DNA from: an uncultured Rhodopirellula sp.
GTDB lineage: Bacteria; Planctomycetota; Planctomycetia; Pirellulales; Pirellulaceae
Direction: 5' to 3'
Assembly (NCBI GenBank): GCA_964007735.1
Contig: CAXGAI010000020.1
Coordinates: forward strand, 1-64,000
DNA: 64,000 bases
Both the position numbers and the translations under genes were made by a program. The stretch's first letter is position 1. The number at the start of each line of letters is the position of its first letter. The notes beneath the pieces are model-generated. The model did no database searches. It was not told the DNA's origin and saw only the letters and a program-made list of their open reading frames with translations. Below, one piece after another: positions 18,243 through 28,114 of the stretch.

Positions 18243-20666
18243 ATGAAAATCATAGAGGTACCGATCGAAAGGCTCAACGGAATCGACCTGAATTCTGTAC
18301 CCGGGGTGTTGTGCAATTTACAAGGGGTGTCGGAAGTCACCATTCTGGAAATAACGGGACAATTGGTGGTCTATTGTGTCGATGAAACGATCACGATGGA
18401 GTCGTTGCTGGAAACGCTTCAACAGGTAGATGGCGTGACGTCCAATAAAAACAGCCCCCAGCGTAAGCAGGGTGAGATGATTGCCGACCGGAAGACAGAG
18501 GAACTTATCCACCTTCGGATTCGAGGGATGCACTGTGCCAGCTGCGAGCATGCAATTGAAACCGTCGTTTCCTCTTTGCCTGGCGTTACTTCAGTGAAAG
18601 CCGAGGTGATCACAGGCCGTGCGACGGTGACCGGAACAGCTGTTGCGACCTCCGCCGTTACCGGGGCGCTTTCGCGGGCGGGCTATCAGGCGGAAGTGAT
18701 TGCGTCACGCTCCAATTTGTTTGGAAATATTCGTGATATGCATCGCCGTAATGAACGTAAATTACGTCGGCGTTGGGTTCTTTCCCTGTTGTGTGTCGTC
18801 TTGCTGGTGTTCTCATTGTGGAGCCAACCGGACTATGAATTCTGGTGGGCACTCGTGCTGGGATTTGCCAGTGCCGTCCAACTGATCTGTGGTGGTCCTT
18901 ATTTACTTTCCGCTTTGCGTTTGGCGCGATATCGACAGGCAAATATGGATACGCTGATTGCTTTGGGCACGACAGCTGCCTTTGTGGGCGCGTTGGTGTT
19001 TGAACATCACGGTGACTATCACATGTTGATGGAGAGCCCGATGATTCTGGGAGTAGTAAGTTTTGGCAAATGGCTGGAAAGTTTGTCGATGAACCGAGCG
19101 ATCGGGCAACTGGTTTTAAAGGCAGATTCGCAAGGGACGGTGCTTAAGGTTTTGCCCGGCGGCAGTTTTGGCGAGGTCTGTATCGAGCAGGTTACCGCAG
19201 GGATGGAAATAGTCGTGCGAGCCGGCGAAAGAGTGCAGTTGGATGGGGACATCACCGGCGGTGAAGCGGTTGTGAGTCGGGCGTGGCTGACGGGAGAAGC
19301 TAAGGCCGTACGTCTGTCTCCTGGGGAAGCTGTGCATGCAGGTGCCGTCAATGAAGGAGATAGTTTTCGGGTAACTGTCACGTCGGAGGCCGGTTCCACG
19401 CGATACGATCAGATCATGGAACGTTTGGAAAAGAGTCTGGGACAACGGCCGCAGATTCAACAGTTGGCAGATAAGGTGGTATCCTTCTTTGTCCCGGCAC
19501 TAATCCTCCTAGCGGCCTTTACGTTCACGGGCTGGTTACTTTGGGGCGATACCGAGTTGGTGGATGCGTGGCGACCCACCGTGGCGGTCCTGGTCATTGC
19601 CTGTCCCTGTGCATTAGGACTCGCGACACCAGTGGCGACTTTGGTTAGCGGGGCTCGTGCACTAAGGTTAGGAGCCTTGGTAACGAATCCGGTGGCGATG
19701 GAACAACTAGCCAAGATTCGTCGATTCCTACTCGATAAGACTGGTACGTTGACGGCTCCGAGGCTGGACGTGCAGGAGTTCGAGTTGCTGGATGAATCAT
19801 TGGATTTAGCGTATCTATTGCAGTTAGTTGGCGCGTTAGAGCAGCAATTTACGCATCCTATCGCGAGAACCATTTTAGATTATTGTGCCGGAAGGGAGAT
19901 TGTTGCGGGTCCCCTCGCGGTCTCAGCTCCAGAAACCATTCCTGGCATGGGTATTCGGGGTGTCGTTGATGACCAAACCCTGTCTTTGGTCAACGATGCA
20001 TTTGCAGCGGAACAATTTAAAATGAAGATTCATGCTGAGGGTGGTGGGACGCGTTCGTGGGTGGTCCTTGATGGAAAGGTCGTCGGTTGCTTTACGATGG
20101 CAGCTAGTTGTTATCCGGGTGTCCGGGCTGTTGTTCATGAGTTGCAGGAGCACTGTGGTGCCACGGAGCAGGTCGTTTTAGCTAGCGGAGATAATGATGC
20201 TGCTTGCCGACAGACTGCGATGTTGGCGGGGATAAATAAGGTCCATAGTGAGATGACACCCGAGGCGAAAGTTGATCTCGTGAAATCCTTTCAAGCGACA
20301 GGGGAGCTGGTCGCGATTGTCGGGGATGGTATCAACGATGCCGTTGCACTGGCTGAAGCGGATGTGGGTATAGCAGCGTTCGGCGGTACCGACATTGCCG
20401 TCCAAAGCGCCGATATCGTAATGCTCGAGCCGGGATTAGACGCGGTGACGGAATTAATCGCATTGTCCCAAAAGACGCGAATGATTATCAGACAGAATTT
20501 AGTCTGGGCGTTTATATACAATTTATCGGCAATTCCCGTGGCAGCTGGATTGTTTTCCAGTGTTGGTGTTACCCTTACACCAGTAATTGCAGCATGTATC
20601 ATGGCGACTTCAAGTATTCTGGTAGTACTTAATAGTTTACGTTTGTCCCGTATTTCGTTAATTTAA
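18243..20666 (+). CDS. copA: Heavy-metal P1B-type ATPase, Cu(I)-type motifs
   Basis: GMHCASC HMA, TGE, IACPCALGLATP, DKTGT, HP, GDGINDA, YN and MxxSS transmembrane motifs. Confidence 0.9.
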   Translation: MKIIEVPIERLNGIDLNSVPGVLCNLQGVSEVTILEITGQLVVYCVDETITMESLLETLQQVDGVTSNKNSPQRKQGEMIADRKTEELIHLRIRGMHCASCEHAIETVVSSLPGVTSVKAEVITGRATVTGTAVATSAVTGALSRAGYQAEVIASRSNLFGNIRDMHRRNERKLRRRWVLSLLCVVLLVFSLWSQPDYEFWWALVLGFASAVQLICGGPYLLSALRLARYRQANMDTLIALGTTAAFVGALVFEHHGDYHMLMESPMILGVVSFGKWLESLSMNRAIGQLVLKADSQGTVLKVLPGGSFGEVCIEQVTAGMEIVVRAGERVQLDGDITGGEAVVSRAWLTGEAKAVRLSPGEAVHAGAVNEGDSFRVTVTSEAGSTRYDQIMERLEKSLGQRPQIQQLADKVVSFFVPALILLAAFTFTGWLLWGDTELVDAWRPTVAVLVIACPCALGLATPVATLVSGARALRLGALVTNPVAMEQLAKIRRFLLDKTGTLTAPRLDVQEFELLDESLDLAYLLQLVGALEQQFTHPIARTILDYCAGREIVAGPLAVSAPETIPGMGIRGVVDDQTLSLVNDAFAAEQFKMKIHAEGGGTRSWVVLDGKVVGCFTMAASCYPGVRAVVHELQEHCGATEQVVLASGDNDAACRQTAMLAGINKVHSEMTPEAKVDLVKSFQATGELVAIVGDGINDAVALAEADVGIAAFGGTDIAVQSADIVMLEPGLDAVTELIALSQKTRMIIRQNLVWAFIYNLSAIPVAAGLFSSVGVTLTPVIAACIMATSSILVVLNSLRLSRISLI

Positions 20667-20701
20667 AGCATACGTGTCACTCCTCTGATGGAAATAAATA
20701 T

Positions 20702-23242
20702 TTGAGCGACTTACCGGAAAGCCTTGATCAAAGTGATGAGCAGGATGAAACCCGTTTTCATCAGCCTGCGTTTGATGATGGTACATCCCAAGATCTGGAC
20801 GAGACGACCGAGGGTGGCATTTCCGATGAGATGGAAGCTGCTCAAGGCAAACCGAAATTACCGGTTTTGGGTGACTATGTATTGCTGGGTAAGATCGGCG
20901 CAGGCGGTATGGGGATGGTGTTTAAGGCTCGTCACGTCCGCATGGATAGAATTGTCGCGCTTAAGGTTTTACCGCGAAATATGATGAAGCGGCCTGAAGC
21001 AGTCGAACGGTTCCATCAGGAAGTGAAAGCAGCAGCTCAATTATTCCATCCTAATATTGTCACGGCCTTTGATGCTGGAGAAGATTCAGGTGTCCATTTC
21101 CTGGTGATGGAGTATGTCGATGGTCAGCCGCTTTCGAAATTGATTAAAGAGCATGGGCCGTTCAACGTTGACCGGGCGGTTAATTATATATTACAGGCAG
21201 CCACTGGATTGCAGTCTGCGCACGATCGCGGCATGGTGCATCGTGATATCAAGCCCAGTAATCTAATGCTGGATGTAGACGGCGTCGTGAAGTTGCTGGA
21301 TATGGGGACGGCACGTTATGGACAGGAACAGGATGAAAACCTGACCAAGAGCGGTGTGATTATGGGTACCGTAAATTACATGTCGCCGGAACAGGCTAAA
21401 GATCCTCATAGTGTCGACCATCGTAGTGATATCTATAGTCTTGGCTGTACCTTGTATTACATGCTCCTCGGTAAATCGGTATACACCGGGGACATGATTC
21501 AAACGTTGATGGCCCATGCGAATTCAAAAATCCCATCGATGTCAGCACAGAATAGCGAAATTCCCATTTGGCTTGACGACATTTTTGCGAGACTTGTCTC
21601 CAAACGCCCCGAAGACCGTTACGACTCGCTAGGTGAGTTTCGTCAGGCGTTGCAGGACGCGTATGCTAATCGGGAAGATAACAGTTCGTCGACGTTAATG
21701 ACCGAATTGAGGCGTGCTCAAAACACACAGGGTTTTCCCATTGGAATTGATTTTGGTACGGGCAACAGTCGGGTTGCTTGGCTCAATACGGAATCGGTTT
21801 CGCAAACGATTGCCGACAGTGAGGGTAATGAAGACACTCCAAGTGCGGTGGTGATTGTCGATGCTATGGACACGGCGATTGGTCGTAAGGCAATTGAACG
21901 CTCGATGCGAGATGTTGGATCTTTGGCAATGGAGGTTAAACGTTTTATAGGACGTCCGTTGTTCCCTGCCGAGTTAGGAGGTGAAAAGTATCCACCGGAA
22001 GTCTTGGGGGCATTAGTGTTGGCTAAGCTTGCTAGTGATGCTCAACGCCTCGTTGGCCAGTGCAGGGAAGTGACGTTGGCCGTGCCGGGGTTCTATGGTG
22101 AAGTTCAGAGGGAGACTGTACAGCATATGGCCGAGATTGCTGGTCTCAAAATTACCGGTCTAGTAGATGAAACATTGGCAACGGCACTTTCATTTTATCG
22201 CGACGAAAATGCAGGTCTTAACGAGAAGGCACTCGTGATGGATCTGGGAGCCGGTAAATTAGATCTCTCCGTGATAGGGTTTGGCGAGGGAACCCTTAAG
22301 GTGCATAGTACTGGTGGTGATGCTAGATTAGGTGGCGCCGATTTTGACGAATTGCTTGGAGATCTAGTAAGTGATGGTTTAGTAGGTGCTTACCAGTATG
22401 ACCCGCGGGAAGACATGCGTCAGGCGTACCAGTTGATGCGAGGTTGTGAATGGGCTAAGGAGAAATTGAGCGAGAAGGATATTGTTGCCATTAAAGTTCA
22501 GGTTCCAGGGCAAACCACCAAAGTCTCTGTGGGGCGTAATAAACTTGAAGAGATATCAGCAGACTTGTTAAAGAGGATTGACAAATACCTTGAAGAGGTA
22601 ACCGCAGCTAGCGGGATTGAAACGAGCGAGATCCAACGTGTCCTGCTTGCTGGTGGGAGTACGAACATGCCGATGATTCGAGAAATGGTCTCGACCAGAT
22701 TCCCTAAGGCAGAGCTTACTAAAATGTCGTCATCGTGCGTTGCAGAAGGTGCTGCTGTCTATGCAGAGCTCGTGAGTGCCGGTTCAATGGGGCAAAAGGT
22801 AGCTGTGAAGATAGAAAATATCACATCGCGCGGACTCGGAATACAAGGTACTGATTTGAAATCGGGGAAGAAGGTGAACGTTGGAATTGTCCCTAAAGGG
22901 ACGCCCCGTCCGGTCCGAGCTAAGAAGATTTTTCCGACGCATGAAGACAATCAGCAATCGCTCGTCCTCCAATTACTGGAGGGAGAGGGTAAGGATCCCT
23001 TGGATTGTGTGGATGTGGGCGTATGCCGGATCGACGGATTGCCGGCCAATCTGCCAAAGAAGACGGAGTTAACTTTATTTTTCCGTTATGACCTGCATGG
23101 TCGATTGTCTGTGATGGCAGAGGTGCCAGGCAATACGCAACAAATACCGGTTCCGGTGATTCGTAAAACGGAAATGGGAAGCGTTGACCTGTATCGCTGG
23201 CGAGAGTGGGTGGAAACAGTAATGCTTTGTAGTGGTATGTAA
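20702..23242 (+). CDS. Hanks-type Ser/Thr kinase fused to an Hsp70/DnaK-like domain
   Basis: Kinase: GAGGMG, VALK, HRDIKPSN, DMG, GTVNYMSPEQ. Hsp70: GIDFGTGNS, TPS, DLGAG, LGGADFD, LLAGGST, DNQ..LLEGE. Confidence 0.92.
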   Translation: MSDLPESLDQSDEQDETRFHQPAFDDGTSQDLDETTEGGISDEMEAAQGKPKLPVLGDYVLLGKIGAGGMGMVFKARHVRMDRIVALKVLPRNMMKRPEAVERFHQEVKAAAQLFHPNIVTAFDAGEDSGVHFLVMEYVDGQPLSKLIKEHGPFNVDRAVNYILQAATGLQSAHDRGMVHRDIKPSNLMLDVDGVVKLLDMGTARYGQEQDENLTKSGVIMGTVNYMSPEQAKDPHSVDHRSDIYSLGCTLYYMLLGKSVYTGDMIQTLMAHANSKIPSMSAQNSEIPIWLDDIFARLVSKRPEDRYDSLGEFRQALQDAYANREDNSSSTLMTELRRAQNTQGFPIGIDFGTGNSRVAWLNTESVSQTIADSEGNEDTPSAVVIVDAMDTAIGRKAIERSMRDVGSLAMEVKRFIGRPLFPAELGGEKYPPEVLGALVLAKLASDAQRLVGQCREVTLAVPGFYGEVQRETVQHMAEIAGLKITGLVDETLATALSFYRDENAGLNEKALVMDLGAGKLDLSVIGFGEGTLKVHSTGGDARLGGADFDELLGDLVSDGLVGAYQYDPREDMRQAYQLMRGCEWAKEKLSEKDIVAIKVQVPGQTTKVSVGRNKLEEISADLLKRIDKYLEEVTAASGIETSEIQRVLLAGGSTNMPMIREMVSTRFPKAELTKMSSSCVAEGAAVYAELVSAGSMGQKVAVKIENITSRGLGIQGTDLKSGKKVNVGIVPKGTPRPVRAKKIFPTHEDNQQSLVLQLLEGEGKDPLDCVDVGVCRIDGLPANLPKKTELTLFFRYDLHGRLSVMAEVPGNTQQIPVPVIRKTEMGSVDLYRWREWVETVMLCSGM

Positions 23243-23254
23243 CGATGGTTTGCG

Positions 23255-23283
23255 TTGACACCTGTCCGTGGTTTGCCTATTAT
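23255..23283 (+). promoter_or_regulatory. Near-consensus sigma70 promoter for murB
   Basis: TTGACA-N17-TATTAT. Confidence 0.75.
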
Positions 23284-23329
23284 CCGAGTGAACTAGAACT
23301 AGTTTTTCGAATGGACAGTAGTACCAAAA

Positions 23330-24208
23330 ATGGAAGACTTCAACGGATTGGAACATATCGTACGTGATCAGGAACCGTTAGCCCCCTATAGCTGGCTTCG
23401 TACGGGGGGAATCGCACGGTATTTTGCAGAGCCCACCACAGAAAATGAACTGGTGTCTCTAGTTTCACTTTGTAAATCGCGCGACCTATCGGTTAAATTG
23501 CTGGGCGGCGGATCAAATATCCTTGTGGCATCGGAAGTCGTGGACGCCATGGTTGTTCATTTGTCTGCAGCAGCATTTACAGAGATTTCTGTGGAAGGCA
23601 ATCGTGTAACAGCAAGTGGGGGAGCTAAATTAGTACAGCTTTTAAGTACCGCGGCTCGAGAAGGATTAAGCGGCCTGGAGTCATTGGCAGGCATCCCAGG
23701 GACCGTGGCCGGTGCACTTAAGACCAACGCCGGAACACATAATGACGACATTGGACAGTGGACTCGAGCAGTCAAGGTTCTAACGCGAGATGGAGATGTC
23801 CTGGTGCGTGATGGTGATCAATTACGCTTCGCTTATCGCGAATCCTCATTAAATGAACTGGTTATCCTTGAGGGTGTGTTTGAACTGAAAACGATTGATT
23901 CGATCGAAGTCACTAAACGAACTCAGACGCAGTGGATTTTGAAAAAAGCACAGCAACCTCGCGGTGCGTCGGGTACGATTTGTATGTTTCGTGACCATGG
24001 GGGTGTTACAGCAGAAAGCCTTATTGAGTCATCTGGGCTGAAAGGAGCAACGATCGGCGCAGCAAGTCTTTGTGATGCGTGTTCGAATTACTTGGAACTC
24101 AAAGAGGGGGGGTCCGTCGATAGTGCGGTTTCACTGTTGAATCATGTGCAGGCAGAGGTGGAAGCTCAAACCGGAGTGGCTTTGGTCCGTCAGGTTGAAG
24201 TGTGGTAG
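23330..24208 (+). CDS. murB: UDP-N-acetylenolpyruvoylglucosamine reductase (MurB)-like, divergent C-terminal active site
   Basis: GGIARYF, LGGGSNIL, GLESLAGIPGTVAG..NAG, FAYRES. Confidence 0.85.
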   Translation: MEDFNGLEHIVRDQEPLAPYSWLRTGGIARYFAEPTTENELVSLVSLCKSRDLSVKLLGGGSNILVASEVVDAMVVHLSAAAFTEISVEGNRVTASGGAKLVQLLSTAAREGLSGLESLAGIPGTVAGALKTNAGTHNDDIGQWTRAVKVLTRDGDVLVRDGDQLRFAYRESSLNELVILEGVFELKTIDSIEVTKRTQTQWILKKAQQPRGASGTICMFRDHGGVTAESLIESSGLKGATIGAASLCDACSNYLELKEGGSVDSAVSLLNHVQAEVEAQTGVALVRQVEVW

Positions 24209-24263
24209 CACTTTGTAGAAACTGTTGATCTCATGTGTTGCCATCAGGAGGTTACGCAACTCG

Positions 24264-25136
24264 ATGAAGTTAAGAATAAATAATCATGGCTACCGTGGTA
24301 ATTCCACGATCTCGGTGCTGGCAGTCGTCGCGGTCTTTGTTATTGCTTTAGCGGTCGGCTGGTATATCTATAAAGACCAAGTGGCGAAGCAACCTCAGTA
24401 TCAATTGAAGGTGGATATGATTGCTTTGTCTCCGGAACAGCCGGATTGGATTAAGACCGACGTTCTGGCCAAAGTGTTCGCAGATCAGAAGCTGGAAGAT
24501 CAATATCTGACAGATCGTAAGTTAGCAACTCATTTGCGAGATGCCTTTTTACTTCACCCTTGTGTTTCCGGTGTGAATAAAGTGGCCAAACGGCCCGATG
24601 GCGTGGACGTGGAGTTGGTTTATCGTGATCCCGTGGCAATGGTAGTCGTTAAACTCGATAACGGTACGTTCTTGTATCCAGTGGATGAGCAGGCGGTCGT
24701 CCTACCGCCTGGGCAATTCGAATCAAAAGACATCGTAAATTATTTGCGTGTTAATCATGATTATGTTCCGCCTGCGGGGCAAATTGGTGACACCTGGGGC
24801 GACGAGAAAGTCGTGAAAGCAGCGCAGGTTGCAGCATTATTGAGGCAAGGACCTTGGCAGACGATGGGACTTTACAGCATTGAATTGGTGGAGAACGCGG
24901 AAACCAAAGAGACGGTGGTATACGTCCTTAAAAAAGAGACGGTGGGGTTTAGGGTCTTGTGGGGCAGTTTACCTGGGCAAGAGGCAGAAAACGAACTGGC
25001 TGCCCCTGATAAGCTTCATCGGCTAGTGGAATTCTATGAAAATAATAAAACGCTTGAAGTGAGCACAGAGCCGATGGAACTCGATTTGCGGCCATTAAAG
25101 AAAATAGAAGTGATCCCGCTTGTGGAGGTCGAATAG
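24264..25136 (+). CDS. FtsQ/DivIB-like bitopic membrane protein
   Basis: Single N-terminal TM, POTRA-like HPCVSGVNKVAKRPDGVDVELVYRDPVAMV, PVDEQAVV, C-terminal LDLR; lies after murB. ATG 24264 after AGGAGG. Confidence 0.6.
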   Translation: MKLRINNHGYRGNSTISVLAVVAVFVIALAVGWYIYKDQVAKQPQYQLKVDMIALSPEQPDWIKTDVLAKVFADQKLEDQYLTDRKLATHLRDAFLLHPCVSGVNKVAKRPDGVDVELVYRDPVAMVVVKLDNGTFLYPVDEQAVVLPPGQFESKDIVNYLRVNHDYVPPAGQIGDTWGDEKVVKAAQVAALLRQGPWQTMGLYSIELVENAETKETVVYVLKKETVGFRVLWGSLPGQEAENELAAPDKLHRLVEFYENNKTLEVSTEPMELDLRPLKKIEVIPLVEVE

Positions 25137-25200
25137 CTCCGCGAAAATGGTTGCAGTTATGCAAACATTTTGACGAGGACCAAATGCATCTGCGAACGAT

Positions 25201-25404
25201 CTAAGTAGAGATGTCGGTGACCGGTTGGCTCGCGGCGTTCATCTCACGCTCGATGCTCTCTTTGAGCTCATCTCGCACGATTGCCATATGTGGAGGAGCT
25301 TCCACCCCAATCCGCACTGTTCCGCCTGAGAGTTTCACAATGGTGATGGCAATATCCGTACCAATGTGAATCCGATCGCCGACCTTACGGCTTAAAACTA
25401 ACAT
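25201..25404 (-). CDS. csrA: Carbon storage regulator CsrA-family RNA-binding protein
   Basis: MLVLSRKVGDRIHIG...VRIGVEAP...IVRDEL. Confidence 0.92.
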   Translation of the reverse strand: MLVLSRKVGDRIHIGTDIAITIVKLSGGTVRIGVEAPPHMAIVRDELKESIEREMNAASQPVTDIST

Positions 25405-25512
25405 GTTCCGTCACGTTTTGAATAAGAAAAACTAATATCCTGCTACTAAAAAGGTATCAGAGCTCTAATCTGTTTGCAAGTCAACGCAAGCTTGTTTTGT
25501 TTAAATACAGGT

Positions 25513-26697
25513 TTATGCATTAGCGGCATAAGTGATATTGGCGGCCGCGATACTGTTGCCGCGGGTGAATTGGAAGCTATGTTCGTCAAGCAGCTGCTCG
25601 AGAGCTGCGAGAAAGGTTAGTACATTGTTCTGACGGGCCGCATGGCCCATGATTCCGATTCGCCAAACTTTCCCTTTGAATGCGCCTAAACCACCACCGA
25701 TCTCGATACCGAATCGATTGAGTAACCCGTTTCGGATGAAGCCATCCTCTACTCCTTCGGGGATTTTAACGGCATTGAGCATTGGCAGTTGATGGTTAGG
25801 GTCTGCACTGTATTCGAATCCCAGCGATTCCAATCCCGCTTTAAGAGCGAGATGGTTCTTCATATGACGATCGAAGCAGCGGTCGAGTCCTTCTTCCAGT
25901 ATCACCCGCAGAGCCTCGTATAAGGCATAGGTCATATTGATCGGGGCGGTGTGGTGGTAGACGCGATCTTCACTCCAATAATTAGAGAGCATGGAAAGGT
26001 CAAGGTACCAGCTACGGACTTTCGTTTTGCGATTGTTGAGAACTTCCACGGCCGAAGGGCTGAATGAGATGGGGGCCAATCCTGGTGGGCAGCTGAGGCA
26101 CTTTTGGGAGCCGGAATATATCACATCAATCCCCCACTTATCGACTTCCACGTTCATTCCGCCGAGGGACGTAACGGCGTCCACCAGCAGCAGACCATTG
26201 TTGGCATGAATTAACTCAGAAATGTCTTCCAGTGGCTGACAGGCTCCGGTTGAAGTTTCCGCCATGACGATACCGACAACCTTTGGCTTTTCGGATTCGA
26301 TAATTGGTCGTAAATCTTCGGGTGTGAATACCTCACCCCAGGGTCGTTCCACCGTTAGGACTTCAGCCCCAGCGCGTTCCGCTACATCGGCCATGCGCAT
26401 ACCAAAAACGCCATTAATGCATACCAGCATTTTGTCCCCGGGTTCGATAACGTTAACAACGGTAGTTTCCATCCCGGCTGAACCAGTGGCACTAATGGGC
26501 ATTGTCAATTCGTTCTTCGTCTTAAAAACCTTGCGCAGCATCTCCTGCAGGTTGTTCATCGTTTCCAGATAATACGGATCCAAATGTCCAACCGTCCCTT
26601 TACCAATAGCATTGAGGACGCGTGGGTGGATATCGCTTGGTCCTGGTCCCATGAGGATTCGAGTAGGTGGGTTGAGCGTTGGGTAACAGTCTGTCAC
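25513..26697 (-). CDS. Alanine--glyoxylate aminotransferase family (class V PLP)
   Basis: MGPGPS, ETSTG, VDAVTSLGG, SGSQKCLSCPPG, YHHTAP, WRIGIMG. Confidence 0.92.
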   Translation of the reverse strand: MTDCYPTLNPPTRILMGPGPSDIHPRVLNAIGKGTVGHLDPYYLETMNNLQEMLRKVFKTKNELTMPISATGSAGMETTVVNVIEPGDKMLVCINGVFGMRMADVAERAGAEVLTVERPWGEVFTPEDLRPIIESEKPKVVGIVMAETSTGACQPLEDISELIHANNGLLLVDAVTSLGGMNVEVDKWGIDVIYSGSQKCLSCPPGLAPISFSPSAVEVLNNRKTKVRSWYLDLSMLSNYWSEDRVYHHTAPINMTYALYEALRVILEEGLDRCFDRHMKNHLALKAGLESLGFEYSADPNHQLPMLNAVKIPEGVEDGFIRNGLLNRFGIEIGGGLGAFKGKVWRIGIMGHAARQNNVLTFLAALEQLLDEHSFQFTRGNSIAAANITYAANA

Positions 26698-26767
26698 GGG
26701 TTAAGTACTTTCGTTGTTAGCATGCTGACAATAAGTCCAATGAGTTACGATTAATAATAACAGTTAT

Positions 26768-27349
26768 TTAGCCGGTAGTTGGTGCATCTTGGCGCACCAG
26801 TCCGCTTATTATTTTGAATGCATCAGCTTTCGAAGTTTCACACCATTCGAACAAGGCGGCTTCTGTGGTTGTCAGAATCGCTCCGCTACTTTCCATGCGA
26901 CGAAGCGCAATCTTGTGGTCGTGACGGTGCCTTGCTCCCATTGCATCCGTGGCAAGATAAAGCCGGAAACCTTCAGCGAGGAGGTCGAGTACGGTTTGTT
27001 GGATACATACATGTGTTTCAATGCCGCAGATTAGAATTTTACGTACGCCTGCTTGGGACCAACGTGAAAAGATGGTGCCAACCTCCCGGCAGCTAAACAT
27101 CACTTTTTCTTCGAGTGTTTCGGGTAATGCTATTCCCAAATCTACCGTCGCCCCTAGGCCTTGGGGGTATTGTTCAGTAGCCGCCGTTGAGATATTCAAC
27201 GCGTTCGCTGCGTGCAGAAGTCGTTGGATATTCCATTGGATGAGGTGGGAATGTTTAATTACCGGAAGGAGTCGTTCCTGAACATCGACGATAAGGAGGG
27301 CAGTATCGTTCGCATTCATCAATTCGGGGCTGCGTGCGGAAATAGTCAT
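26768..27349 (-). CDS. Isochorismatase-family cysteine hydrolase
   Basis: IVDVQERL, TEQYPQGLG, EKVMFSC, GIETHVCIQQT (D-K-C triad). Confidence 0.92.
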   Translation of the reverse strand: MTISARSPELMNANDTALLIVDVQERLLPVIKHSHLIQWNIQRLLHAANALNISTAATEQYPQGLGATVDLGIALPETLEEKVMFSCREVGTIFSRWSQAGVRKILICGIETHVCIQQTVLDLLAEGFRLYLATDAMGARHRHDHKIALRRMESSGAILTTTEAALFEWCETSKADAFKIISGLVRQDAPTTG

Positions 27350-27484
27350 GATTGGACTCCAAAAAGGTGCTGAAACGACATTGTACTGTTACAGCAGCCC
27401 CTTTTGCCACCCTTGGCGATACGCCAAAATAGTTAGTAGAAGGAAATAGTAATTCTTCAGTCACACTAAGAGAATGGTATATAG

Positions 27485-28048
27485 ATGAGTCAAGCAAGTT
27501 CAGGTAGTACATTTCACGCCACGACGATCGTATCCGTCCGTCATGGGGGTCAGGTAGCGTTAGCCGGAGACGGTCAGGTTACATTGGGCTCGGCAATTAT
27601 GAAGTCGGATGCCATGAAGATCCGCCGTTTATGTGAAGGTAAAGTGCTTTGCGGATTTGCCGGCAGCAGTGCAGATGCCTTTGCTCTGCTGGAGCGTTTT
27701 GAAGCGAAATTAAAAGATTACCCTTCTAATATGCCGAGGGCTGCGACCGAGCTTGCGAAGGAATGGCGATTGGACCGCGCATTACGACGACTCGAAGCCA
27801 TGATGATTGTTGCCGACGAATCACACACGCTTTTGCTGAGTGGTACCGGTGATGTTATTAGCCCGACGGATGGCGTCGTGGCAATAGGTTCAGGTGGCAA
27901 TTACGCACTTGCAGCCGCTCGTTCCTTAGTGAAACATTCGCAATTATCGGCAGCCGAGATAGCGAAGGAATCGATGCAAGTAGCCTCCAGTATTGATATC
28001 TATACGAACGACAGTATTATTGTGGAAACGTTGAGCGTAGACCGGTAG
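27485..28048 (+). CDS. hslV: ATP-dependent protease peptidase subunit HslV
   Basis: HATTI, AGDGQVT, GFAGS, GSGGNYA. Confidence 0.97.
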   Translation: MSQASSGSTFHATTIVSVRHGGQVALAGDGQVTLGSAIMKSDAMKIRRLCEGKVLCGFAGSSADAFALLERFEAKLKDYPSNMPRAATELAKEWRLDRALRRLEAMMIVADESHTLLLSGTGDVISPTDGVVAIGSGGNYALAAARSLVKHSQLSAAEIAKESMQVASSIDIYTNDSIIVETLSVDR

Positions 28049-28114
28049 GTCTGACGTGGTGGTAGTAACTGACAGTCAAAAAAAATAGAAGACGAAAGTA
28101 GGAAAAGTATTTTC

